Source: Candidatus Methylomirabilis oxygeniifera (lineage in GTDB: Bacteria > Methylomirabilota > Methylomirabilia > Methylomirabilales > Methylomirabilaceae). From it: a stretch of DNA of 32,000 nucleotides. The position numbers and the translations under genes are program-made. Positions 1 through 9,639 of the stretch are shown piece by piece. The stretch covers positions 1,320,001 through 1,352,000 of the forward strand of contig FP565575.1 of assembly GCA_000091165.1 (NCBI GenBank), written 5' to 3'. The notes under the pieces were generated by a model. The model made no database searches. It was not told the DNA's origin and saw only the letters and a list, made by a program, of their open reading frames with translations. Within the stretch, counting starts at the first letter, position 1, and each line of letters starts with the position of its first letter.

Positions 1-65
1 TACTCCTCCGTCGCCCGTCGATCGAGCTCGCGCATCTGAGTCGCCGTCACCACGTTTACGGCCAT
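1..65 (-). CDS. nnr: N-terminus of NAD(P)H-hydrate epimerase / YjeF-type Nnr (partial, runs off window)
   Basis: Reverse complement from 65 reads MAVNVVTATQMRELDRRATEEY, typical of the YjeF_N start (VVTAxQMRELDRRA); GAGGAGG-type SD immediately upstream; follows acpS. Confidence 0.75.
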   Translation of the reverse strand, partial: MAVNVVTATQMRELDRRATEE

Positions 66-89
66 CGCCACCTCCTCGCCACGCGCATC

Positions 90-473
90 CTATCTGCCGT
101 CAGTGGCTACAACACAGGCCATCGCATAATCGCCATCATGCGTAAGCGTGACAAGCATCTGCGTGATCCCCAGGCAGGCCGCAACGTCCCGGGCACGACC
201 CGAAAGGACGACGCTCGACGGCTCACGCCCGCCCCCAACGATCTCCACATCCTGCCACACCACCCCCTGCCCCCATCCTGTACGAAGCGCCTTAAAGGCC
301 GCCTCCTTCGCCGCAAAACGGGCCGCGAGGTGACGCCCTGGCGATCGATAGTGTCTCAAGCGCGCCTGTTCCGCCCCGGTAAAAAGGCGATTCAGCAGGC
401 GAGCGCCGTGACGTGTGGCGGCCTGCTCAAATCGACTGATCTGAACCAGGTCAATTCCGATCCCGATCACCAT
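90..473 (-). CDS. acpS: holo-[acyl-carrier-protein] synthase
   Basis: MVIGIGIDLVQISRFEQA...FAAKEAAFKAL...LTHDGDYAMACVV; the 497 start in the ORF track is a TTG inside a palindromic repeat, so the ATG at 473 is preferred. Confidence 0.93.
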   Translation of the reverse strand: MVIGIGIDLVQISRFEQAATRHGARLLNRLFTGAEQARLRHYRSPGRHLAARFAAKEAAFKALRTGWGQGVVWQDVEIVGGGREPSSVVLSGRARDVAACLGITQMLVTLTHDGDYAMACVVATDGR

Positions 474-485
474 CTCGCACCCACG

Positions 486-532
486 AAATCCCCCCAACCC
501 CCCTTTGGTAAAGGGGGACCAGGGAGGATTTT
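486..532. repeat. C/G-rich palindromic repeat between pdxJ stop and acpS start
   Basis: AAATCCCCCCAACCCCCCTTTGGTAAAGGGGGACCAGGGAGGATTTT: long imperfect inverted repeat that starts right at the pdxJ TAA. Confidence 0.75.
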
Positions 533-1259
533 ACCTCGCACGGTCCGCGCCCATGGCTGCCAGCATCTCGCGGATCGCTCGCTCCATGCCTACAAGAACA
601 GCCCTCGCGATAATACTGTGCCCAATGCTCAACTCCTCCACCTCCGGGATCGCTGCGATCGACCCGACATTGCGATAGTCCAGACCATGCCCGGCATTAA
701 TCCGAAGATCCAACTCCCTTCCCGCTGTCACCGACTGAATGAGACGGGTCAACTCCGACTCCTGGGCCTTACGACCCTTTGCCTCCGCATACGATCCGGT
801 GTGAAGCTCGACGAAGTCGGCACCGGCGCGTGCAGCAGCCGCTACCTGGTGGTGTTCCGGGTCGATAAAGAGACTGACCGCGATGCCGCCCTCACGCAAG
901 CGGCGTACGGCCCGGCCCACGTCATCGATGTGTCCGTGGACATCCAGCCCGCCTTCAGTGGTCAGCTCCTCACGTCGCTCCGGGACGAGCGTCGCCATCT
1001 CCGGCTTCAGTGCCAGGGCGATCTCGATCATCTCTTCCGTGACGGCCATCTCCAGGTTCAGCTTCGTCTTGACCAGCCGCCGGAGGAGTTCAACATCCCG
1101 ATCCTGGATATGTCGTCGGTCCTCACGCAGGTGCACAGTGATTCCGGATGCGCCGGCCGATTCGGCAAACAGCGCCGCCTGTACCGGATCAGGCTCCACA
1201 CCCCGTCTTGACTGCCTAATCGTCGCGATATGATCGACGTTCACACATAACCCAACCAT
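531..1259 (-). CDS. pdxJ: pyridoxine 5'-phosphate synthase
   Basis: [26 protein letters not shown]...[18 protein letters not shown]...[11 protein letters not shown]...[11 protein letters not shown]. The first 10 residues of the track ORF ([10 protein letters not shown]) are encoded by heptad repeat DNA. Confidence 0.95.
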   Translation of the reverse strand: MVGLCVNVDHIATIRQSRRGVEPDPVQAALFAESAGASGITVHLREDRRHIQDRDVELLRRLVKTKLNLEMAVTEEMIEIALALKPEMATLVPERREELTTEGGLDVHGHIDDVGRAVRRLREGGIAVSLFIDPEHHQVAAAARAGADFVELHTGSYAEAKGRKAQESELTRLIQSVTAGRELDLRINAGHGLDYRNVGSIAAIPEVEELSIGHSIIARAVLVGMERAIREMLAAMGADRAR

Positions 1260-1263
1260 CGCT

Positions 1264-1326
1264 CGCACCTCATACTTCGTACCCCACACCTCAAAACCGG
1301 GTCCAGGGTCTAGGGTTTAGGGTAGG
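1264..1326. repeat. Degenerate 7-nt tandem repeat tract (9 units)
   Basis: CGCACCT|CATACTT|CGTACCC|CACACCT|CAAAACC|GGGTCCA|GGGTCTA|GGGTTTA|GGGTAGG, exact 7-nt phasing. Confidence 0.8.
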
Positions 1327-1474
1327 AAAGCAACAGGGTGTGGGCGGAGGCGTGCGACGCGTCGTCGTCGGCAGGCGCAGCATGGACAGCGTAGCCTGCC
1401 GGCGCCGATTCGAGCCGGACATGGACGTCCGGCGAGATTAAGCGGAGCACGTCGCCGTCCATACCATAACACCA

Positions 1475-1502
1475 CACACCTCATACTCCACACCTCGCAC
1501 CT
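1475..1502. repeat. Degenerate 7-nt tandem repeat tract (4 units)
   Basis: CACACCT|CATACTC|CACACCT|CGCACCT just downstream of the glmM stop; same family as the tract at 1264. Confidence 0.75.
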
Positions 1503-1505
1503 CTT

Positions 1506-2855
1506 TTAGCCAAGCTCTTTCTCGATCGCCAGTGCGATCTCTCGGGCCAGTCGCTCGATTTTCGCCGACTCCTCACCCTCTACCATGATGCGGGCCACCG
1601 GCTCCGTACCGGACAGGCGCACCAGGATCCGTCCTCTGCCTCCCATACTCGTCTCCGCCGATCGAATCGCCTCCTGCACCCGTGGAAGCTCCTCAACGAC
1701 AGCTCTACGTCGGACCGGGGCGTTGATCAATACTTGAGGGTACGAGGTCATACATGCCTTGAGCTCCGAAAGCGGCTTCCCGCACCGCTGCATGGTTGCC
1801 AGCACCTGCAAGGCGGTCACGAGCCCGTCGCCGGTGGTATGATGTTCCAGGAAGATGATATGCCCGGACTGCTCACCCCCCAGCATGTATCGCTCGGCTA
1901 ACATCTTCTCCAACACGTACCGATCGCCTACCGCGGTTCGAACGATCTTGATTCCCGCCTCCTGCATCGCGAGATCCAAACCGATATTGCTCATCACAGT
2001 TGCAACAATCGTATTCTCGCGCAGACGGCCTTCTCGCTTCAGGTCGAGGGCGCAAAGGGCGAGGATATGATCGCCATCCATCAGCTCACCCCGTTCGTCG
2101 ACAAACACAACCCGGTCCGCGTCCCCGTCATGGGCAAATCCGACATGCGCCTTATGTTTCACCACCGCCCGTCGCACCTCTTCCGGATGCAACGAGCCGC
2201 ACCCTTTATTGATATTCGTGCCGTCGGGCTCGACGTTCAGCGACACTACCTCGGCGTTCAACTCCTTGAGGACTGCCGGCGACACCTTGTAGGCTGCGCC
2301 GTTCGCACAATCGACCACCACCCGCATCCCTTTCAGCGTCATGCCCTTGGGTAGGGTATTTTTCGCGAATTCGATGTAGCGGCCAACCGCATCACCCACA
2401 CGGTAGGCTTTGCCGATCTCGCTGGGGGCGGTCCTGATCCCGTCGATCTCTCCGTTGCGGATCAACTCCTCGATCCGCTGCTCCATCGCATCCGGAAGCT
2501 TCAGGCCCTCGTGAGAGAAAAACTTAATACCGTTATCCTCGTACGGGTTATGGGAGGCCGAGATGACTACCCCCGCATCAGCTCGAAGGCTTCGGGTGAT
2601 AAACGCGATCCCCGGCGTAGGGAGCGGACCAACCAATAACACATCCACACCCATCGAGGTAATGCCTGCCGTCAGCGCCGTTTCCAGCATGTAGCCCGTC
2701 AGACGCGTATCCTTCCCGATGACGATCGTAGGCCGTTCAGTCGCTCCCCTTAGAAGGTGCGCAGCCGCACGACCCACTTTCACCATAGTCTCCGGGGTCA
2801 TCGGCTCCCTGTTCGCCACGCCGCGAATCCCGTCGGTACCGAACAGTTGTCGCAC
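1506..2855 (-). CDS. glmM: phosphoglucosamine mutase
   Basis: [15 protein letters not shown]...[19 protein letters not shown]...DGDADR...[14 protein letters not shown]; GTG start at 2855 preceded by AGGAG SD (track start is 2885). Confidence 0.96.
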   Translation of the reverse strand: MRQLFGTDGIRGVANREPMTPETMVKVGRAAAHLLRGATERPTIVIGKDTRLTGYMLETALTAGITSMGVDVLLVGPLPTPGIAFITRSLRADAGVVISASHNPYEDNGIKFFSHEGLKLPDAMEQRIEELIRNGEIDGIRTAPSEIGKAYRVGDAVGRYIEFAKNTLPKGMTLKGMRVVVDCANGAAYKVSPAVLKELNAEVVSLNVEPDGTNINKGCGSLHPEEVRRAVVKHKAHVGFAHDGDADRVVFVDERGELMDGDHILALCALDLKREGRLRENTIVATVMSNIGLDLAMQEAGIKIVRTAVGDRYVLEKMLAERYMLGGEQSGHIIFLEHHTTGDGLVTALQVLATMQRCGKPLSELKACMTSYPQVLINAPVRRRAVVEELPRVQEAIRSAETSMGGRGRILVRLSGTEPVARIMVEGEESAKIERLAREIALAIEKELG

Positions 2856-2899
2856 AATTCGCTCCTTTCTCCTCGATGCGCCCATTCCCTACAGTCGTC

Positions 2900-3574
2900 T
2901 TACGAAGACGAGGGCTTAGGATTCGTCCTGATCTCAACCGAGACCTGGACGAGGGCCGGTCCTTCCACTTTGATCAACTTTCCCACAGGTTCAAGAGAGG
3001 TCATGGCGCCGAAGTCATGAGACCGCCCTTCAATGCTGATCGTCGAGGTGTAGACCTTCTCCAGACGATTCACCTCGCTCCTCGGTCCGACCAATCGAAC
3101 ACGATCAGGGTGCGCCGAGGCCCGCTTGAGATAGTACCCGGCGGCCGGATTCCCTTCCACGCGAGCTGCAACCCGTACGGTCCGCTCTGTCACGGATTCC
3201 AGGACCAGACGAACCCACTTCGGAGACACCTGGACGACTTCGACGCCGCGAGGGACGTCAACCTGCTCAGACTTTACGGCCACGAGATTCTCTCCTTCTT
3301 TCAGAGCCGAGAGATCGAGATTGACGTCTACCTCGTTGGGTGACAGGCCGGAGATCAGACTTTTCGGACCACGCAACTGGACCGTTACAAAGTCTCCAGG
3401 AACATTGAGGAGGGTCGTGTTTTTCGGAAGCCGTGCGAGTGTAAGCGGGACATTTAAGGTTCGCTCGTCCCGCTGCTCTCCGGCCACTACCATCCAGAGA
3501 GCAAACGCGAGACCTAAAGAGGCGAGCTTAAGGCCGAGATTGTCGAAGAGTCCTATAGACATAATCCTCATCAA
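2900..3574 (-). CDS. cdaR: YbbR-domain / CdaR-like protein
   Basis: N-terminal TM segment followed by YbbR-like repeats (VPLTLARLPKNTTLLNVPGDFVTVQLRGPKSLISGLSPNEVDVNLDLSALKEG); sits between glmM and cdaA. Confidence 0.85.
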   Translation of the reverse strand: MMRIMSIGLFDNLGLKLASLGLAFALWMVVAGEQRDERTLNVPLTLARLPKNTTLLNVPGDFVTVQLRGPKSLISGLSPNEVDVNLDLSALKEGENLVAVKSEQVDVPRGVEVVQVSPKWVRLVLESVTERTVRVAARVEGNPAAGYYLKRASAHPDRVRLVGPRSEVNRLEKVYTSTISIEGRSHDFGAMTSLEPVGKLIKVEGPALVQVSVEIRTNPKPSSS

Positions 3575-3637
3575 GGGCCTGTAGAGGAGAGTCGCCCTGC
3601 CCGAAAAAGTACTGCACGCAGCGCTCCTGCGACGCGC

Positions 3638-4456
3638 CTAACCGCCGATCACTGATGGAGCTGGGACTTCTTTGGACTTCGCGCCGGACCCGCCGCTGCG
3701 AGGCGGTCCCAACAGCTCTACGAGTTGACGTCGCAACCTTTGGGCATCAAGGCCCTTATTGATGGCGCCTGCCTGAACCAGAGACACGCTGCCCATCTCC
3801 TCTGAGACCACGATGACGATCGCGTCAGTTTCTTCCGTCAGTCCTATGGCGGCGCGATGACGCGTGCCCAGTTCCTCGCTGACGTCGCTCGTCAGCGTTA
3901 ACGGCAGCAAGCACGAGGCGGCGGCTACACGCCCGCCTTGGATCACAACCGCCCCATCATGGAGCGGTGAACCGGGATAAAAGATCGATTCCAATAATCG
4001 CCTCGATACCCGTGCATCGAGCGACACACCGGAATCGACGTAGTCGGAGAGCTTGGTCTCTCGCTCCATGGCAATAATCGCACCGATCTTTTTCGTGGCC
4101 AGGGAGGCTACAGATCGGACAATCTCGTCAATCATATACGCCTCTTCGCGTTTGGCAAAGGCGTGAAGCAGACGGGATCGAAGACCGAACGTCGCCAGGG
4201 CCCGACGAAGTTCCGGCTGAAAAAGAATGATGATCATCAGGAACCAGACACCTAGCGAGTTCTGCAACACCCAGTTCACGGTCAGCAAACCACCCTTGAG
4301 GGCGATTCGCGATGCCAGATAGACAAGGCCGAGACCCAGAATCATTTGCAGCGCCCGCGTCCCTTTGAACATCAGGAGAAGCTGATAGGCCACGAACGCC
4401 ATGATTAACACGTCTACGGCGTCAATCCATCCGAACTGGAGAATGGTGGACCACAT
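3638..4456 (-). CDS. cdaA: diadenylate cyclase (c-di-AMP synthase), CdaA family
   Basis: Three N-terminal TMs; DisA_N/DAC motifs SPLHDGAVVI and ELGTRHRAAIGLTEETDAIVIVVSEE. Confidence 0.93.
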   Translation of the reverse strand: MWSTILQFGWIDAVDVLIMAFVAYQLLLMFKGTRALQMILGLGLVYLASRIALKGGLLTVNWVLQNSLGVWFLMIIILFQPELRRALATFGLRSRLLHAFAKREEAYMIDEIVRSVASLATKKIGAIIAMERETKLSDYVDSGVSLDARVSRRLLESIFYPGSPLHDGAVVIQGGRVAAASCLLPLTLTSDVSEELGTRHRAAIGLTEETDAIVIVVSEEMGSVSLVQAGAINKGLDAQRLRRQLVELLGPPRSGGSGAKSKEVPAPSVIGG

Positions 4457-4461
4457 GGTCG

Positions 4462-5313
4462 TCAGGCCCCCCTGATGGCGTCCAGCATTCGAACGAGCTG
4501 CGCGCAGGGCCGAACCTCGTGGACCCGGACAAAGGCTGCGCCGTGCAGCACCGCTGCCGCAATACAGGCCGCCGTGCCATGTTGACGTTGCTCAACCGGC
4601 AGTTTCAGCACCTCCCCAACCAGCGACTTGCGCGATGGACCGACCATAATCGGCTTACCGAGACAATGCAACGCCGCCAGATGCCGAAGCAGCGCAAGAT
4701 TGTCCTGCGACCGCTTCCCGAAGCCCAGCCCCGGATCGACAATGATGGACTGCGGATCCACACCCCTCTGTTCGGCAAACGCGACGCGATCTGTCAGGAA
4801 GGCTGACACCTCGCCTACAACGTCGTTGTAGCGCGGCTCAATTTGCATATCTTGAGGGATCCCTTTCATATGCATGATGACGAGACCGGCGCGCTTCTCG
4901 GCGACCACCGACGCTAAGCGTCCCTCACCTCGAACGCCATAGACGTCGTTAATGATATCCGCCCCTTCCTCCAGCGCTACCCTCGCCACCTCCGGTTTGT
5001 AGGTATCCACTGCCACCGGAATCGCAAGCCTGGGTCGCAGCTCGCGCAGCACCGGAAGGATCCGACGCAGCTCCTCGTCTACAGGGACGACGTCGGCGCC
5101 TGGACGGGTTGACTCACCACCCAGTTCCACGATATCAGCTCCCTCCTCCACCATCCGCATGGCCTGATCGGTGGCTGCCCTAGGATCCAGGAAGCGACCG
5201 CCATCGGAAAAAGAATCCGGGGTGATGTTCAACACCCCGACGATCCAGGTCTTTTGCCGGATATCCAGCAGATGGTCCCTGCAGCGGAAGCGTAATTGCG
5301 TCTGTTGAGTCAT
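4462..5313 (-). CDS. folP: dihydropteroate synthase
   Basis: VGVLNITPDSFSDGGRF...ELGGESTRPGA...VDTYKPEVARVALEEGADIINDV...DPGLGFGKR...GPSRKS. Confidence 0.96.
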   Translation of the reverse strand: MTQQTQLRFRCRDHLLDIRQKTWIVGVLNITPDSFSDGGRFLDPRAATDQAMRMVEEGADIVELGGESTRPGADVVPVDEELRRILPVLRELRPRLAIPVAVDTYKPEVARVALEEGADIINDVYGVRGEGRLASVVAEKRAGLVIMHMKGIPQDMQIEPRYNDVVGEVSAFLTDRVAFAEQRGVDPQSIIVDPGLGFGKRSQDNLALLRHLAALHCLGKPIMVGPSRKSLVGEVLKLPVEQRQHGTAACIAAAVLHGAAFVRVHEVRPCAQLVRMLDAIRGA

Positions 5314-5346
5314 CGCGTCTGTCGCGTTTATTGCGTCCGTTGAATC
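5294..5346. repeat. Short-period (8-9 nt) degenerate tandem repeat overlapping the folP start
   Basis: TTGCGTC/TTGAGTC/TCGCGTC/TCGCGTT/TTGCGTC/TTGAATC cores at 9,8,9,9,9-nt spacing; 25/27 match to 15208-15234. Confidence 0.75.
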
Positions 5347-5439
5347 TGTAGTTCAAACCAAAAGCCGACACAGAAGGCGAGCAAGAACCGTGGGCGAGGG
5401 GCTACAGGCAAGTATCTCTCAGACGCTCTCCCCTACGTC

Positions 5440-7272
5440 TTAGACGCGGGCCTGAGCCGGGGCGGCAGCCCCGTTCACGATGGCATCAATCTGAAAACCG
5501 TCAAGCGCCTCGGTCTCCAGCAGGGCCTTGGCTAAGGCGTGCAGGATACCAATTCGATCAATGATCAACGTCTTGGCTTTTTCGTAGTTGGTCATGACGA
5601 TCTGCTTCACTTCTTGATCGATCTCTACCGCCGTATGTTCGCTGTAATCCTGATGCTGGGCGATCTCCCGACCTAAAAAGATCATCTCTTCGCGCTTGCC
5701 GAATGTAAGCGGACCAAGCTTCTCGCTCATGCCCCACTCGCACACCATCTTCCTGGCCAGATCGGTTGCCCGTTCGATGTCGTTCCCTGCGCCGGTCGTC
5801 ATCTGACCGATCACCAACTCCTCCGCAACGCGTCCGCCCATCATAATGGCAATCTCGTTGAGGAGGTACTCTTTCGCGTAGTTGTGCTTCTCGTCGATTG
5901 GCAACTGTTGGGTCATGCCGAGCGCCCTGCCGCGCGGAATAATCGTCACCTTGTGAATCGGGTCGGTTCCGGGGAGAACCTTTGCCACCAATGTATGTCC
6001 GGCCTCATGATAGGCGGTCACCTTTCGCTCTTCCTCGCTGATAACGATACTCTTCCGTTCGACGCCCATCAGGACTTTATCTTTGGAGTTCTCGAAATCA
6101 ACCATGCAGACTGTTTTCTTGTTTTGTCTGGCGGCCAACAGCGCAGCCTCGTTGACAAGGTTGGCCAAATCAGCTCCGGAAAAGCCTGGGGTCCCGCGCG
6201 CCAAAAGCGTCAGGTCCACATCGGCATCTACGGGAATCTTTTTCGTGTGGACGCGCAGGATGCCTTCGCGGCCCTTGAGATCAGGTCTCGCCACCACGAC
6301 CTGGCGATCAAATCGTCCAGGTCGAAGCAGCGCCGGGTCCAGGACGTCAGGGCGATTGGTCGCTGCGACCAGGATGACTCCGTCGTTCGATTCGAAGCCG
6401 TCCATTTCGACCAGAAGCTGATTCAAGGTCTGCTCCCGCTCGTCATGACCGCCGCCGAGACCCGCGCCCCGATGCCTGCCTACGGCATCGATCTCATCCA
6501 TGAAGATGATGCACGGCGCATGCTTCTTGCCCTGTTCGAACAGATCCCGCACGCGCGAGGCGCCGACGCCGACAAACATCTCCACAAAGTCCGAACCCGA
6601 GATACTAAAAAATGGGGCATTCGCTTCTCCGGCGATGGCGCGCGCCAGCAGTGTCTTTCCCGTACCCGGAGGGCCCATGAGTAAGACACCTTTGGGAATC
6701 CGCCCGCCAAGTTTCTGAAACTTCGGCGGATCCTTCAGGAACTCAATGATCTCTCGCAACTCCTCTTTGGCCTCATCCGCGCCGGCGACATCGGCAAAGG
6801 TCACCTTATTTTGCTTGTCAGACAGCAGGCGCGCGCGACTCTTGCCGAACGAGAGGGCCTTCATGCCTCCACCCTGCATCTGCCGCATGAAGAAGATCCA
6901 GACTCCGATAAACAACAGCATCGGAAGCCATGACAGCAGCATACTGACGTACCAGGGACTCTCATCAACAGGTTTCGCGATGATCCGAACCCCTTTCTGC
7001 CGCAGTTCCGAAATCATATCCTTGTCATCAGCGGCATACGTTCGAAAGACTTCACCGCCGGTGAGCTTACCCTTGATATCCGCGCCCTTCACGACGACTT
7101 CCGCAACCTCGCCCTTTGTGACTTTGGCCATGAAGTCGCTGAAGATCATCTCCTTTTCGTGTGGTTGGTTCTGGCTGAAAATGTTGAAAACCAGCACCAT
7201 GATTAACCCGATAACAAGCCACAGCGCCAGATTCTTAAAAAATGGGCTCAACCTTTTCCCTCCTCCAACCAA
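5440..7272 (-). CDS. ftsH: ATP-dependent zinc metalloprotease FtsH
   Basis: Walker [15 protein letters not shown] region, HEAGH zinc motif, two N-terminal TMs. Track start is a TTG at 7272; a TTG at about 7251 with an upstream GGAGGAGGG SD is a plausible true start. Confidence 0.97.
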   Translation of the reverse strand: MVGGGKRLSPFFKNLALWLVIGLIMVLVFNIFSQNQPHEKEMIFSDFMAKVTKGEVAEVVVKGADIKGKLTGGEVFRTYAADDKDMISELRQKGVRIIAKPVDESPWYVSMLLSWLPMLLFIGVWIFFMRQMQGGGMKALSFGKSRARLLSDKQNKVTFADVAGADEAKEELREIIEFLKDPPKFQKLGGRIPKGVLLMGPPGTGKTLLARAIAGEANAPFFSISGSDFVEMFVGVGASRVRDLFEQGKKHAPCIIFMDEIDAVGRHRGAGLGGGHDEREQTLNQLLVEMDGFESNDGVILVAATNRPDVLDPALLRPGRFDRQVVVARPDLKGREGILRVHTKKIPVDADVDLTLLARGTPGFSGADLANLVNEAALLAARQNKKTVCMVDFENSKDKVLMGVERKSIVISEEERKVTAYHEAGHTLVAKVLPGTDPIHKVTIIPRGRALGMTQQLPIDEKHNYAKEYLLNEIAIMMGGRVAEELVIGQMTTGAGNDIERATDLARKMVCEWGMSEKLGPLTFGKREEMIFLGREIAQHQDYSEHTAVEIDQEVKQIVMTNYEKAKTLIIDRIGILHALAKALLETEALDGFQIDAIVNGAAAPAQARV

Positions 7273-7303
7273 TCTCTTTCCCTTACCCGGTCAGTCAACA
7301 TAT

Positions 7304-7336
7304 CTGTGTCTGTTGCGTCGGTGCGTTTATTGCGTT
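7304..7336. repeat. Short-period (8-9 nt) degenerate tandem repeat upstream of ftsH
   Basis: CTGTGTC/TTGCGTC/GTGCGTT/TTGCGTT cores; shares GCGTTTATTGCG with 5325-5335. Confidence 0.6.
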
Positions 7337-7525
7337 GAATCCACTGGGGGTTCATTCCCCACGGCTTGCCGCGTGTTCGTCATTCCGGCGGCAGCCGGTA
7401 TCCGGGGGGCCCGACCGGATTCCCCCCGTATCAAGTACGAGGCAGACTCGTCCACCACCTGCCTATGCTTATCCGTACGCAGGCAGGCGGTATGACGAGC
7501 CAGAACAGAAGACGATACCCCGCAG
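7335..7525 (+). repeat. Mosaic dispersed repeat element, copy 1
   Basis: TTGAATCCACTGGGGGTTCATTCCCCACGGCTTGCCGCGTGTTCGTCATTCCGGCGGCAGCCGG... and ...GACGAGCCAGAACAGAAGACGATACCCCGCAG; both ends match the reverse complement of 20013-20149. Confidence 0.85.
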
Positions 7526-7647
7526 TTTGTTAGGGGGTCTTATAACGCATCGGCGGGCCAAATGGCCATGATTATTATTTGCATTTTAAATAAGTTATAA
7601 CAAATACCTCGGCCTTTTTCAACGCAAAACCGGTACCAGGCTACCGA

Positions 7648-9054
7648 TCAGTCTTCTTGGATGGATGCACGTACTCGAAGAATGCGCTGTGTCGAATCGG
7701 TCACCTTGAACCGTTCGTCCACTCGAAATCCTACAACCCATATGATCTGACCGCCTGACATCACCAGCGGGACGCTCCCGCGTTGATCGCATGGCACCTT
7801 GGCATCCGTAAAGAAATCCTGGAGCTTTTTCCGACCGGCCATCCCGAGGGGAACAAACCGGTCGCCCTCCTTCCATCCCCTCACGTACAACTCCATTCCG
7901 GTACGGTCAGCATCTAGGAGAGCGGTCCAGCCATCTACAACGAGATCACCCATCGCCCACTCCTTCAGTAGCTCGCTTCGAAGGCTGAGCGACGATGCCG
8001 GAATGGCTGTGAGACCCGGAACAGTGAGGGGCACCGATGAAATGTCAGCTCTCTCGTTATCCTGTCTCACCGAAAGGACGAGACTATTGCCCACTCGTCT
8101 TGCACGTAACCCACCCGGCGCATGAATGGCGCCCTTCGCGCCTTTTGTCATCAACAGTCGATCAATGGCTAACGTGTGCTGGAAGGTCAACCCCGGGTGG
8201 CCCGCTCGCAGCTCTTCGGCAGATCGCCGGATGATGCGCCATCGCAGGGCGCTCAGAAGCGTCGTCATAGGGGGGATCGACAGCACGAACTCCTCACGCG
8301 ATCGCGAGACCAGGATCGCGCGGAGCTCTCTGTCAGCCATATCGTTCAGCAATGTATCCTCAGCTTCAAGGATCGTGGCTGCATTCGCCAAGCTATGGAT
8401 GACGCGCGGGTTATACCGCTTCGCCAGTTCCGGAAGGAGTTCCAACCGAATCCGGTTCCGACTGTAGGCGAGAACGTGGTTAGAGGAGTCTTCGACATAC
8501 GGGATCCTCTCCTTCCGTACGTACCGTTCGATCTCCTCCCGTGAGCAGTCGATTAACGGGCGAATGATCCGCCCTCTCACTGGCGGAATCCCCCCGATCC
8601 CCCTGACCCCGGACCCCCGGAGCAGGTTCATCAGGACCGTCTCCGCCTGATCGTCACGATGATGACCTACGGCGATTCTGCCGGCTCCCTGTTCGTCCGC
8701 CACCCGCTCGAGGAATCGGTAACGGAGATCCCGGGCAGCGGCCTGAAGCGAGCCCGCCCTACGATCCCGCAACGCCCTCCCATCGGCCCTCGTAATGGTC
8801 ACAGGAATCTGACGAGCTTCGCACTGACGTTGCACAAATCGGGCCGTCTCGGCCGACTCGGCCCCTCGGAGGTCGTGGTTTAAGTGAGCGACGTGGAGTG
8901 GGCCGTGATAGCGGGTTCGAAGGTGGAGCAGAAGGTGGAGCATTGCCATCGAATCAACGCCACCAGAAACGGCCAGCACGACCGCCTCTCCTGCTGCCAG
9001 CATCCGATGTCGGTCGATCGTCCCTTGAACCTTATGAAGCAGCGTATCGCTCAT
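7648..9054 (-). CDS. tilS: tRNA(Ile)-lysidine synthase
   Basis: PP-loop AVSGGVDSMAMLHLL...HLNHDLRGAES...GHHRDDQAETVLMNLLRGSGVRGIGGI; ATG (MSDTLLHK) at 9054 preferred over the track start 9093. Confidence 0.93.
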   Translation of the reverse strand: MSDTLLHKVQGTIDRHRMLAAGEAVVLAVSGGVDSMAMLHLLLHLRTRYHGPLHVAHLNHDLRGAESAETARFVQRQCEARQIPVTITRADGRALRDRRAGSLQAAARDLRYRFLERVADEQGAGRIAVGHHRDDQAETVLMNLLRGSGVRGIGGIPPVRGRIIRPLIDCSREEIERYVRKERIPYVEDSSNHVLAYSRNRIRLELLPELAKRYNPRVIHSLANAATILEAEDTLLNDMADRELRAILVSRSREEFVLSIPPMTTLLSALRWRIIRRSAEELRAGHPGLTFQHTLAIDRLLMTKGAKGAIHAPGGLRARRVGNSLVLSVRQDNERADISSVPLTVPGLTAIPASSLSLRSELLKEWAMGDLVVDGWTALLDADRTGMELYVRGWKEGDRFVPLGMAGRKKLQDFFTDAKVPCDQRGSVPLVMSGGQIIWVVGFRVDERFKVTDSTQRILRVRASIQED

Positions 9055-9449
9055 CAAGTGAAACCCGTATACTGGCTGCTGACGGCCATCCACCGCTGAT
9101 GGCTTGTGTATCTACTCTAGTCAGCCCCCCTCCTGCTGTCAATACAAATTGCACGCTCATCGGCGTCCGCCGCGCTTGGCCATTTCACTATCCGGAAGAG
9201 ATCTGATCACCTCCATCAAGGTCATCTTGCACCTATCGGCGGCCGACGTGGTCGACAGGTCGTGATAGCTGAGCTGGACATATTCCCGGAGTTCGATACT
9301 GGAGCGTAGTCCTGCCGATCACAATCACGGGTGGCACAACTACGTCACTGTGGATCATCGCACCGGGTTCAATGACCCACACAAACATATTATAAAGCAG
9401 GATCAGCAAATAGAGTTATTGTGTCGGATTCATACACACATACTCGCTT

Positions 9450-9460
9450 TACATAATGTA
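9450..9460. promoter_or_regulatory. Candidate operator palindrome TACATAATGTA
   Basis: Perfect odd palindrome 16 nt upstream of the -35 box, flanked by the imperfect inverted pair GATTCATACACAC / GTGTGAATAATC. Confidence 0.35.
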
Positions 9461-9476
9461 GGTGTGAATAATCTGC

Positions 9477-9505
9477 TTGACATTCGTTTTACAGAGACTT
9501 ATATA
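9477..9505 (+). promoter_or_regulatory. Sigma70-type promoter for the FecR-like gene
   Basis: TTGACA (9477-9482), 17-nt spacer, TATATA (9500-9505), within an AT-rich segment. Confidence 0.65.
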
Positions 9506-9639
9506 GCGTTTGCTATAAAAGATAACAAAGATGGATGGTGCCTCCTACCGTCCCTGTTGTACGCTACGTAGACGCTTGACGCGAACGAACATCAGTGTAT
9601 TTCATACCGGCTGACTCATACGGAGAAGGAGGGCGGACA

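Noticed and set aside
138-1211. 357-aa plus-strand ORF
   Set aside because: Antisense to acpS and pdxJ, low-complexity composition, no recognisable domain; the minus-strand frames are clearly the coding ones.
5884-6684. 266-aa plus-strand ORF opposite ftsH
   Set aside because: Shadow ORF of a highly conserved AAA+ protease gene; no independent support.
7561-7620. AT-rich island with possible minus-strand promoter for ftsH (TTGTTA...AAATAA)
   Set aside because: Elements too degenerate to support; only the base composition is notable.
9169-9320. Minus-strand open stretch translating to LRSSIELREYVQLSYHDLSTTSAADRCKMTLMEVIRSLPDSEMAKRGGRR
   Set aside because: Looks mildly coding-like but has no usable start after the upstream stop and no recognised family; possibly a degraded gene fragment, not enough to call.
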